A DNA stretch of 64,000 bases from Hormiphora californensis (lineage: Eukaryota; Animalia; Ctenophora), in NCBI GenBank assembly GCA_020137815.1, contig CM035354.1, positions 6,138,001 through 6,202,000 of the forward strand. Direction: 5' to 3'. Below are positions 39,310 to 60,742 of this stretch, piece by piece; the stretch's first letter is position 1; each line of letters begins with the position of its first letter. The translations under genes and the position numbers were made by a program. The notes under the pieces were generated by a model. That model was not told the origin of the DNA. It saw nothing but the letters and a program-made list of their open reading frames with translations, and ran no database searches.

Positions 39310-41308
39310 GGAGACTCTATCTCTCTTTCTAAATTATTGACTCTCGCACACCAGACAAGGGAGACAAATGTGTTTTCATTTGTTATACTGTAATTGGTTT
39401 TCTTTTTTCAATCCTTATATTGGATGTTTTGACCGTTTTTACATCTCGGATTCCCGAGATTTGGACGTGAATCCGTGACCTCACTTACATTCCCTCATTT
39501 CTCGGTTTGTTACAACCACCCCGCCCCTATGTAAAGCACAGTTTCAGCACTTCGTCTGCGCGGCGCGCAATTGAGCGCCAGAATCTTCTTGTGCAACCTC
39601 TTTCCTCCACTTTTCCTACGACACGTGGGACTCTGCCACCGCCATTATGAATTATCTGTCTGTTTATCCATGCATGTAGGGGAGGTTTTGAAGTTGTGGG
39701 GGCCATTTTTTGGCCAAAATTTTTTAGTCACGTGACCACTGACCAGTCACGTGATATGACATACCCCGAGTTTCGGAATTTTTGGAAACTCTTATAGATT
39801 GAAAATTTTGATTTTTATACCAAAAAGTCGCCATTTTCGTCAAGAACGAGTCGTTATTGACGAAAGTCGAAGACGGCGACTTTTTGGTTTACTTACTAAC
39901 GGTCCACAGACACAATCATCCAGTAAGGCCTGTCAGAGCATTGGCCTGACCCTACTCTCATTTCTTCAAGAGCGTGCGAGAACTGTGGTCAGAGCATTGG
40001 CCTGACAGAGTAAGGCCGGAGTGGGAGAAAAGGGCGGGAGAGAGACATTTATCGGTGAGATAAGAGGGTCATCAGTGAGACGAGAGTGGTAGAAATCAAG
40101 AATAGTTTGGGTGTTAGCAAAGATTGCCAGGAAGAGAGAGAGCAAGATATACGATATTAGGGAGGATAGAAAAGGTCTACCCCGATAACCGAAGCCGTTC
40201 CCATTCTCGCAAGATAGGCGAGAAGCCTAGCGAAAACCAGTGTAAGGTAGTGAAATTCAATGATTGGGGATCAAACATCCAATTTTGTATGGGCAACCGA
40301 AAAAGTTGCGGGGGCCATAGCCTACGTGGCCCCCGCGTCCCCTACATGCGTGTGTTTATCTCATTGGAATTCCTAATTTCACTGTCACAAGCGGTGGTAC
40401 ACAAGTTCAAACAACCAATTTAACGGATATGAATATAATAAGATTGCAGGTTTTTTATTTAAATAAAAGGATAGATTTCACTCCAGGCAATATTTGAAAT
40501 AGAACACCAGGGGACACTGACACACACTCTCTCTCATAGTGTCATTGTACAATCACAGTTGGCCCAATTGTGTGAAGTTAAGATGCACACAGCAGAAATA
40601 AAGCTAAGGAAAATTAATACTTTTTAGGGCAGAAGTACTACCACACGCAGGGCTCCCTGTCACCTATTGAGGGACCTCTTTAGTCTCTCTCTCTCTAGTC
40701 TCAAAGAGAGAATTATAGCATATTCTGAGACTATTGGAGCCCAGGTGTGTGTATTGCTCGAGGTGTGTATAATATGGGGGAAAGCTATATACAAAAGAGA
40801 TATCACAAATTGTGGTGTTAACAGGATTAAAAACTCCCTCACATAAAATAGTTAAAAATCATTCTAGAAGCTGAGCAAAGACCAAAATAATATATGTTGC
40901 AACAGCATGTATATATACTTGGGACGGCATTCTATAGCGGTATATTGTGGTAGAGAGCAGTGTAATAACTCTTCCTGGCTATATAACGGTGTAAAATAAT
41001 GTTTCACTCTTTTATAATCTCCAAATGTAATAGTTCACAGGTTTTAAATTCACTTCAATAACGCATTTAAAACAAGATTATTTTCTAACTCTTAGCGGGT
41101 AAGTTAGCCCCAAAAAACATAATTATATACCCTTATTTTCACGTATTTGGAATCTGTCAGAACTCAGAACCACAGCAGAGGTTCTTCCTGACAGCGCTTG
41201 GATCCGATATATTTTTAGAACAAAATAAACGGCCCGCAATTTTTCTCTGAAGCACGTCTCACACACACACATATCAAGACTCATTATCAATCTCTCTTTG
41301 GAAATGTC

Positions 41309-51960
<10,652 letters not shown>

Positions 51961-52169
51961 GGGGCGCGAAACAAACCTGGGCAGATGTGCTGAAGTTGTG
52001 AAGGGCTAGCAAACTACTAGCTTGGGTTCGAAGCATGGGGCTGTTAGTTAGGTTGTAGAGAGGGGTGAAGTCCATGCCTCGCCCACCACGGTCAACTGTT
52101 AACCTCGGAACTTTCAGCGCTCAATCTTCCACATCTAAGCTACTTTGTATAACAGTTATCATGTTAGCT

Positions 52170-53235
52170 AACGGGATATCACTGCGCTGGCAAGCGCAAA
52201 GGTGGCCCCATCCCATCCCCCCGAAACTTTTCCCGAAAAAGTGGGCCCGCTTGCCAACAGCGTAGATATAACAATTTTGAAGTTTTAGCCCATTTTGGCA
52301 CTTTTCGACCCCTCCTAACTCCAGAACCAGATGAGCTAGGAAGCTGAAATTTGGTACTAAGAAGCTTCACATAGACCTCTACTGACGGTAAAAATTTCAA
52401 GTAGCTAGCTCATTCCGGTCGCAAGTTATGACACCACCCCCAAAACAGAAAATTCAGTGTGGCGATAGGTATATATATAGATAGATATATAGATATAGAC
52501 GCTTCACTGTGTAACACTTGTAGCCCGAACCATACTAGCTAGAGACTTGAACCAACTTTTATCCGTTAGCAAATCGTTCGGGGCATGCATTAGTTAAGGT
52601 TTCGAGTGAAAATTTCCACTATGACGACCGTAATGACGTCACAAAGTGACGTCATTGAAAAATCTCAGACCAAATATTTTCAAACGCCTCTAACACCCTC
52701 AAGACGTATTATGATTCCTAATTTGACGGAAAATCGTTAGTGGCAAATTGTCTGAACTTTCTGATACTATATTGTGATTTTCTCTAACTTGTCATTTTAA
52801 GACCTTAAAACGCGTCGGAACTCAAAAACTTGATGTGAAAATCTACACAAAAACGCACATTTCGTACAATAACTTCAGTTCTTGACTACTGCTGCCTTTA
52901 AAACTTTCCACACGTTTAGTGCTTCATCGGCCGAATAGTCTGTCATAGTTTTTTACGTCGTCGTGACGTCACATGTGACGTCACGACGTCAAAACGACGT
53001 CGAATTTTGAAAATTTCGTCAAATCAGTTTCCTACAACCCAGGATACATTTGAATTACATTTTAACACTTTAGCTGACAATTATCTTAGTTGTTTGAGGT
53101 CATAAATGACCTCAAACGACCAAAAAAGAGTTCAAATTTAGAGCAAAAACTAATTGAAATTAGTTCGCCAGAAAGGTGGCCCATTTTGAACTTACTCCTT
53201 CATTTCCGTCACCTTTGAGTTGAAGGCGGAAAAGT
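52170..53235 (-). mobile_element. Non-autonomous Helentron-type (DINE-1/HINE-like) element
   Basis: On the minus strand: 5' AAAGGTGAC with a nearby inverted GGGCCACCTTT, an internal (TATC/TA)n microsatellite at ~52470-52500, and a 3' GGGCCACCTTT followed by the stem-loop TGCGCT-TGCC-AGCGCA. Confidence 0.6.
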
Positions 53236-54936
53236 TTACGGATACCTCAATGTCTTTGAAGCCTCAACTCAAAGGTGACGGAAATGAAGGAGTAAGTTCA
53301 AAATGGGCCACCTTTCTGGCGAACTAATTTCAATTAGTTTTTGCTCTAAATTGACTGCAATACGTATTACAGTTTTATTATTAAATCTGTTTACAATAAT
53401 TTGACACTGTCAATATTGCTAATCAGAGGTAGATCCTCGAAACTTGTTGCGACATTATACCCGTCTGGTTCATTTGTTCAGCCACAGAGAGAATAACAAA
53501 AACTCTGATTATCAAACATGAGGCTAATAAACAGTTATCCGATCACCCAACTGTCTACTATTGTCAATATTGCCCTCCTTTTACAGTTTACAACTTACAA
53601 GTTTACTAGTTTCATCATTCAAACTGAAGATGAGTATGGAACAGGTCCTGCTGAATTCTAGCAATGATCAACACAAATGACAAAAGCAAGATAATAAAGG
53701 TATCTTAACCAAATGTCACTAAATAATTTTAACGACTATGACCGAACTTTGGAAGATTACAAGATTACAAGATTACAAAAAAGTTTTAGTATGTACAATT
53801 CACAAGTCATACAACGCACTCAGCAGGGCTTCCGCGTGAGAAAACAGTGTCGTGGCCTAAATGAACCTACTTTACCTCGGTGAGACGGGCTACTATACCA
53901 GATCCACAATCTCAAATCCTAACTGATGAAGCCGAAAGCTTCTGATTCTTAAGTGAATTTCAGTACTGCTGAATAGTTGTTTTCATTAATTCTTAATTCC
54001 CTACCTTATCTAATCTCATTTCTCGCCCTTAGCCACAAGGATTAAGGACACATCTTCCCCTAGTGCATTCGAATTCTTTATCTAGCTGGCAAGTTAAGTT
54101 TCAATCTAGACAACCATAAGATTGGAGTTAGCCTTGTAGTCCTCTTTTCGCAGATATTGCACACAGCACATTGCACATATTCTGTATTCAGCTCCACACA
54201 GAAGCTATTCGAATAACAAGTCAGCAGTACATGATAATGGCGCACCTTTCGACCAGTCCCGCCGGTGGCCGTGAAAACGAGCGCAACGGGCCTGCAGCCG
54301 GGCGCCGGCAGCGATGGGCGAGGCAGAACTTCTTTCGGCAAACGCTGCTGGGATAAGGTAGAGCTTTTCAAGAACTTCTTGTGAGTTTTGGCTTAGCCTA
54401 CGCTGCAGTCCCCAATGAAAGCCGTGGGAAACGCGTGCACCAGGGATCTGCAGCGCATGGCAAAGTTGTGGCGAAAGCCGAAAAGTGGAACTGGAAGTTG
54501 AAAAGTCTGAAAACTTTGATTTTGGAGATTTTAAATTATCCCGAGAGCCTCGCGGCGCGTTTATTATTGGCATGCGCTGCAAATATAATGTGCGCGTTTT
54601 GACGGCGCGGCGACGCGGCAGATTTTCCAAAATGTTTCTTGTTTTTGGCCTGAAACACCCAAAAGACAAAAACCCTGCCGTGCGGTGTTGGGGTTAGCAA
54701 ATTTTCTGCCGTGGGCCAGCAGCGTCTGCCAACCAAAACCCCGCCCTTTTGATCCCACCGATGCGGTGCTGGCTGTTGTGGTTTTATTTTCCCTTTTGGT
54801 CCAAGAGTTTTCCTCTCCATCAGTAAAACATGGCTGATAATGAATAGGCAACATACGGTGACTATTTATTCAACTAGTTCATCCTTTTTTCGCCCTATTC
54901 GTAGTCTTAATTTTGTTTAAATTTTAGTGGACAGCT

Positions 54937-56325
54937 ATGAGTGATCCTGTGAGGGTATGTGTGATCGGTGCCGGTGTCAGTGGCCTCTGTATAATGGGTA
55001 TGCTCAAGAAATACAAAGACCAAGGGAAAGCAGTCACCGTAACATGCTACGAGAAACAGGATGTTATTCTCGGGCTGTGGAATTTCACCTGGAGGACGGG
55101 AATGGACAAAACTTGTGAACCAGTCCACGCTAGTCAGTACAGGGATCTCTTCTCCAATGGACCTAAGGAGGCGTGCGAGTTCCCTGATTACACATACGAA
55201 CAACACTTTGGCAAGGCAATCCCCTCCTTCCCCCCAAGATCCGTGCTACGGGACTACCTCGTTGGTTATTTCAACCATCTAGGGGTTGGAGAGGAAGATG
55301 TTTTACTGAACCACTCTGTTCAATCCGTAACCTACTGCGAGAAGACCAAGAAATTCACCGTTACTGCTCTCAATTTTTCCGAGGGCAATGACAAGGCAAC
55401 GTCGCTTTCAGATGTGTTTGATTATTGTGTTGTGTCTATCGGTCACTTCTCCATCCCCAACGTCCCAGAGTTCCCTGGACTTGATAGCTTCCCTGGAAGA
55501 GTTATGCACAGCCATGACTTCAGGAATGCCCGAGAGTTCACCGGCCAACGGGTCCTGACGGTGGGTAACAGCTACAGTGGGGAAGATATGATGCTGCAGA
55601 CAAAAAAGTTTGGTGCTAAGGGTGGTACCATCTCCTACAGGAGCCAGCCAACTGGTTTCAAGTGGCCAGAGGGTATTGACGAAAGGCCCCTTGTTTCCCG
55701 GTTTGATGGGAATACTGCTCACTTTTCGGATGGCACCTCAGGAGAGTATGATGCTGTTATTCTTGCCACCGGATACCTGGTCCACATTCCGTTCATGGAG
55801 TGGGAGTACAGGCTGCAGTGCCCCACCATCCTTAATGTCCCTGACCTGTACAGGGGTGTCTTGTGGACTCCCATGTCCGAGGGCAAGAAGAGTGCTGATA
55901 ACAGGTTGTTCTACATCGGCATGCAGGACCAGTGGTATACCTTTACCCTGTTCCAACTCCAGGCCGTGTGGATCGCACAGGCCATTAAGGGGCTCAAGGA
56001 GATTCCCCCTGTTGAGGAGTGCCATGCTGAGATAACCCTGTGGACTGGGACCAACCCTGAGGTCACTAGCTGCCCTTACAAGGCCATCCAATCCCAGACT
56101 GACTATCTTCTCCGGATGCAGGCTGATACCGGCTTCGAAGGGGAGTTTGATGCACATCAGCAGCTCTTTGATTGGAAGAAGAGTAAAATGGATGATGCAG
56201 GAATACATGAGTACAGGAATAGGGCCTACCCCTCCCCAACAACAGGTACCATGGCCCCCCTCCACAGTACCCCCTGGATGGACCTAATGGATGATGGGAT
56301 CGATGCTTATATCAACGCTGCCTAG
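54937..56325 (+). CDS. Flavin-containing monooxygenase, bacterial Tmm/mFMO type, copy 1 (intronless)
   Basis: FAD motif GAGVSG, WNFTWRTG.D...EPVH.S.YR.L.SNGPKE, FMO motif FPGRVMHSHDF, NADPH motif GNSYSG, FYIGMQDQWY and TGTMAP.H.TPW. Confidence 0.95.
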   Translation: MSDPVRVCVIGAGVSGLCIMGMLKKYKDQGKAVTVTCYEKQDVILGLWNFTWRTGMDKTCEPVHASQYRDLFSNGPKEACEFPDYTYEQHFGKAIPSFPPRSVLRDYLVGYFNHLGVGEEDVLLNHSVQSVTYCEKTKKFTVTALNFSEGNDKATSLSDVFDYCVVSIGHFSIPNVPEFPGLDSFPGRVMHSHDFRNAREFTGQRVLTVGNSYSGEDMMLQTKKFGAKGGTISYRSQPTGFKWPEGIDERPLVSRFDGNTAHFSDGTSGEYDAVILATGYLVHIPFMEWEYRLQCPTILNVPDLYRGVLWTPMSEGKKSADNRLFYIGMQDQWYTFTLFQLQAVWIAQAIKGLKEIPPVEECHAEITLWTGTNPEVTSCPYKAIQSQTDYLLRMQADTGFEGEFDAHQQLFDWKKSKMDDAGIHEYRNRAYPSPTTGTMAPLHSTPWMDLMDDGIDAYINAA

Positions 56326-56553
56326 ATTCCCACTCCAACAATTTAACAAATACCCCAGAGCTGGGGTGTTACATTTAAGCAGGCTTCAGTTTTTTGTAAA
56401 AAGCATGTTTGTGTTTGTAATTGCATCTTTGTATTTTGTATCTTAAAATATGCTAACGTTTTCGTTTAGTTTGGATAATATAGCGGGCATTTTGTGGCCT
56501 ATTGCAAACTTTGTAGTATGGGCAGCAAATGCCAGGTCTGACTGGACCCAGAA

Positions 56554-57039
56554 GGGGGGGGGGCGTCAGTCGTCACCTTTTTTTTGCCCATTGCCCATAA
56601 TCCCAGCGAATTTTGGTAAGTGGCAAAAGTGGGCAAAAATGGGCAAAATGAAATTTTCAGTGTTATATGTCGTTTTTTCAACTCTATACCTTCATGTCAT
56701 CTCTTAAAAACTCGGTCAGAATGGTCTTTGGTGTCTAATTAGTAGTCAAATTGTTTTTAGTGGTCAAATCCTAAATTTAGGATTTTTTAGGTTTTTTGGC
56801 TTTAATGGGTTTTAGAAACGTCCTAGAACAAAATAAATACAAGCATCTTCCTCAGCGTGAAATTCTGCTTCGATTATAGTGGCTATAAACCTATCTATGA
56901 TGTAAGGTGCAGGAGTTATTTTTTTGCCCATTTTTGCCCATTTTGCCCAAAGTCCCACGATTTTTGAAAATTCACTTTTGCCCATATGGGCATATATGGG
57001 CAAATATGGGCAAAATAAAAGGTGACGCCCCCCCCCCCC
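56554..57039. mobile_element. MITE with poly-G/poly-C ends
   Basis: Ends G10-CGTCA...CCTTT / AAAGGTGACG-C12, subterminal TTTGCCCA repeats, 8-bp duplication ACCCAGAA. Absent from the paralogous site downstream of copy 2. Confidence 0.85.
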
Positions 57040-57332
57040 ACCCAGAATAAAATCATGATATAAGTACATGTTGAGTAAGTTTTATAGAACTATTTTTCAT
57101 AGGATTTTACCTTTAATACCTTTAGTGGACCCAGAATAAAATCATGATATAAGTACATGTTGAGTAAGTTTTGTAAACTATTTTTCATGGGATTTTTACC
57201 TTTAGTAACCTTTTGTTTTGTAAAGGATAATTTATACAATAATGGCTTTGACGGCCATCTTTTAATAATCAATTGTTGAAATTTCTTCTTAACTATTAAA
57301 TCCTAAAATGTCCCTCTCTCTCTGTAGCAGTC

Positions 57333-57427
57333 ATGAATGGAATGGAGAATGTCGCAGGCCTGGAGATGCAGATGAACAACATGTTTGAGTTGCACAAACA
57401 GATGACAACTGGTGCCATGCCCACCGC
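57333..57427 (+). pseudogene. Truncated duplicate of the first ~32 codons of the HMG-box gene
   Basis: Near-identical to 60743-60837 (MNGMENVAGLEMQMNNMFELHKQMTTGAMPTA), then breaks off. Confidence 0.9.
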
Positions 57428-57585
57428 CCTCCGAACGGGAAAAACGTGCAGCTCAAGTCGCTTGAAACGGACTTTATTGGCATGTGCTGCAAATATAATG
57501 TGCACGTTTTGACGCCGCGGCAGATTTTCCAAAATGTTTCTTTTTTTTGGCCTGACACCCAAAAGACAAAAACCCTGCCGTGCGG

Positions 57586-57868
57586 GGAAAACGTTAAAAT
57601 CTGGGTGCCTTCCATTGCTAACATTTCATCGATTTTGGGGTTCGAGACGGGTTAGGGCTGTTCTTAGGGTCGGGTTAGGGTTTTGTTTGGTGTTATCGGT
57701 TAGGGCTATCGATTCTCTATCAGATACCGTTTAGTTTACTCAAATCGGCCATGTGGTTGCGTGGCTATAGCCGTTTGAAAAAAGTCGGTCTAAGTGGTTT
57801 TAGGTGTACTTTTTTGGCAGCACGCACCTGTAAGCACGCTGCAAGTCACCCAGATTATAATCGCGCCC
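57586..57868. mobile_element. 283-bp insertion with imperfect TIRs and 9-bp TSD
   Basis: GCCGTGCGG on both sides (single at the paralogous site ~54678). AATCTGGGTG / CACCCAGATT inverted near the ends. Internal GGTTAGGG motifs. Confidence 0.8.
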
Positions 57869-58128
57869 GCCGTGCGGTGTTGGGGTTAGTGAATTTTCTG
57901 CCATGGGCCAGCAGCGTCTGCCAACAAAAACCCCGCCCTTTTGATCCCACCGATGCGGTACTGGCTATTGTGGTTTTATTTTCCCTTTTGGTCCAAGAGT
58001 TTTCCTCTCCATCAGTATAACATGGCTGATAATGAATAGGCAACATACGGTGACTATTTATTCAACTAGTTCAGCCTTTTTTCGCCCTATTCGTAGTCTT
58101 AATTTTGTTTCAATTTTAGTGGACAGCT

Positions 58129-59517
58129 ATGAGTGATCCTGTGAGGGTATGTGTGATCGGTGCCGGTGTCAGTGGCCTCTGTATGCTGGGTATGCTCAAG
58201 AAATACAAAGACCAAGGGAGAGCAGTCACCGTAACATGCTACGAGAAACAGGATGTTATTCTCGGGCTGTGGAATTTCACCTGGAGGACGGGAATGGACA
58301 AAACTGGTGAACCAGTCCACGCCAGCCAGTACAGGGATCTCTTCTCCAATGGACCTAAGGAGGCGATTGAGTTCCCTGATTACACATACGAACAACACTT
58401 TGGCAAGGCAATCCCCTCCTTCCCCCCAAGATCCGTGCTACGGGACTACCTCGTTGGTTATTTCAACCATCTTGGGGTCGGAGAGGAAGATGTTTTACTG
58501 AACCACTCTGTTCAATCCGTAACCTACTGCGAGAAGACCAAGAAATTCACCGTTACTGCTCTCAATTTGTCCAAGGGCAATGACAAGGCAACGTCGCTTT
58601 CAGATGTGTTTGATTATTGTGTTGTGTCTATCGGCCACTTCTCCATCCCCAACGTCCCAGAGTTCCCTGGACTTGATAGCTTCCCTGGACGAGTTATGCA
58701 CAGCCATGACTTCAGGAATGCCCGAGAGTTCACCGGCCAACGGGTCCTGACGGTGGGTAACAGCTACAGTGGGGAAGATATGATGCTGCAGACAAAAAAG
58801 TTTGGTGCTAAGGGTGGTACCATCTCCTACAGGAGCCAGCCAACTGGTTTCAAGTGGCCCGAAGGCATTGACGAAAGGCCCCTTGTTTCCCGGTTTGATG
58901 GGAATACTGCTCACTTTTCGGATGGCAGCTCAGGAGAGTATGATGCTGTTATTCTTGCCACCGGATACCTGGTCCACATTCCGTTCATGGAGTGGGAGTA
59001 CAGGCTGCAGTGCCCCACCATCCTTAATGTCCCTGACCTGTACAGGGGTGTCTTGTGGACTCCCATGTCCGAGGGCAAGAAGAGTGCTGATAATAGGTTG
59101 TTCTATATTGGCATGCAGGACCAGTGGTATACCTTTACATTGTTCCAACTCCAGGCCGTGTGGATCGCACAGGCCATCAAGGGGCTCAAGGAGATTCCCC
59201 CTGTTGAGGAGTGCCATGCTGAGATAACCCTGTGGACTGGGACCAACACTGAGGTCACTAGCTGCCCTTACAAGGCCATCCAATCTCAGACTGACTATCT
59301 TCTCCGGATGCAGGCTGATACCGGCTTCGAAGGAGAGTTTGATGCACATCAGCAGTTCTTTGATTGGAAGAAGAGTAAAGTGGATGATGCAGGAATACAG
59401 GAGTACAGGAATAGGGCCTACCCCTCCCCAACAACTGGTACCATGGCCCCCGTCCACAGCACCCCCTGGATGGATCTAATGGATGATGGGATCGATGCTT
59501 ATATCAACGCTGCCTAG
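58129..59517 (+). CDS. Flavin-containing monooxygenase, bacterial Tmm/mFMO type, copy 2 (intronless)
   Basis: Same motifs as copy 1. 13 amino-acid differences in 462 counted by eye. Confidence 0.95.
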   Translation: MSDPVRVCVIGAGVSGLCMLGMLKKYKDQGRAVTVTCYEKQDVILGLWNFTWRTGMDKTGEPVHASQYRDLFSNGPKEAIEFPDYTYEQHFGKAIPSFPPRSVLRDYLVGYFNHLGVGEEDVLLNHSVQSVTYCEKTKKFTVTALNLSKGNDKATSLSDVFDYCVVSIGHFSIPNVPEFPGLDSFPGRVMHSHDFRNAREFTGQRVLTVGNSYSGEDMMLQTKKFGAKGGTISYRSQPTGFKWPEGIDERPLVSRFDGNTAHFSDGSSGEYDAVILATGYLVHIPFMEWEYRLQCPTILNVPDLYRGVLWTPMSEGKKSADNRLFYIGMQDQWYTFTLFQLQAVWIAQAIKGLKEIPPVEECHAEITLWTGTNTEVTSCPYKAIQSQTDYLLRMQADTGFEGEFDAHQQFFDWKKSKVDDAGIQEYRNRAYPSPTTGTMAPVHSTPWMDLMDDGIDAYINAA

Positions 59518-59584
59518 ATCCCCACTCTACAACAATTTAACAAATACCCCAGAGCTGGGGTGTTACATTTAAGCAGGCTTCAGT

Positions 59585-60635
59585 TTTTTGTAAAAGGCAT
59601 GTTTGTGTTTGTAATTGCATGTTTGTATTTTGTATCCTGAAATATGCTAACGTTTTCGTTTAGTTTAACTAATATAACGACCATTTTGTGGCCTATTGCA
59701 AACTTTGTCGCATGGGCTGCAAATGCCAGGTCTTGGACTCAGTACATGTTGAGTAAGTTTTATAGAACTATTTTTCATGGGATTTTTACCTTTAGTAACC
59801 TTTAGTAACCTAAACCTAGTACATGTTGAGTAAGTTTTATAGAACTATTTTTCATGGGATTTTTACCTTTAGTAACTTTTAGTAACCTAAACCTAGTACA
59901 TTTTGTAAAAGGCATGTTTGTGTTTGTAATTGCATGTTTGTATTTTGTATCCTGAAATATGCTAACGTTTTCGTTTAGTTTAGCTAATATAACGAGCATT
60001 TTGTGGCCTATTGCAAACTTTGTCGCATGGGCTGCAAATGCCAGGTCTTACCGGACTCAGAATAAAATCATGATATAAGTACATGTTGAGTAAGTTTTAT
60101 AGAACTATTTTTCATGGGATTTTTACCTTTAGTAACCTTTAGTAACCTAAACCTAGTACATGTTGAGTAAGTTTTATAGAACTATTTTTCATGGGATTTT
60201 TACCTTTAGTAACCTTTAGTAACCTAAACCTAGTACATGTTGAGTAAGTTTTATAGAACTATTTTTCATGGGATTTTTACCTTTAGTAACCTTTAGTAAC
60301 CTAAACCTAGTACATGTTGAGTAAGTTTTATAGAACTATTTTTCATGGGATTTTTACCTTTAGTAACTTTTAGTAACCTAAACCTAGTACATTTTGTAAA
60401 AGGCATGTTTGTGTTTGTAATTGCATGTTTGTATTTTGTATCCTGAAATATGCTAACGTTTTCGTTTAGTTTAACTAATATAACGACCATTTTGTGGCCT
60501 ATTGCAAACTTTGTCGCATGGGCTGCAAATGCCAGGTCTTACCGGACTCAGAATAAAATCATGATGTAATTACATGTTGAGTAAGTTTTATAGAACTATT
60601 TTTCATGGGATTTTTACCTTTAGTAACCTTTGTAA
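59585..60635. repeat. Compound tandem repeat (~77-bp unit interleaved with a ~170-bp unit)
   Basis: AGTACATGTTGAGTAAGTTTTATAGAAC...TAGTAACCTAAACCT occurs about 7 times. The TTTTGTAAAAGGCATG...GCCAGGTCTT block occurs 3 times. Confidence 0.9.
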
Positions 60636-60742
60636 AGGGTAATTTATACAATAATGGCTTTGACCATCTTTTAATAATCAATTGTTGAAATGTTTTCTAA
60701 ACTATATAAATCCTAAAATTTCCCTCTCTCTCTGTAGCAGTC

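Noticed and set aside
53920-53950. Hammerhead ribozyme-like CTGATGA...GAAA
   Set aside because: The GAAA sits in the loop of the small stem rather than after it, and stems I and III are not evident.
57640-57710. Interstitial telomere (TTAGGG)
   Set aside because: Only scattered degenerate motifs, inside a TSD-flanked insertion.
55408-59457. Overlapping alternative-frame and antisense ORFs in the FMO genes
   Set aside because: They are shadows of the real CDS and are repeated only because the gene is duplicated.
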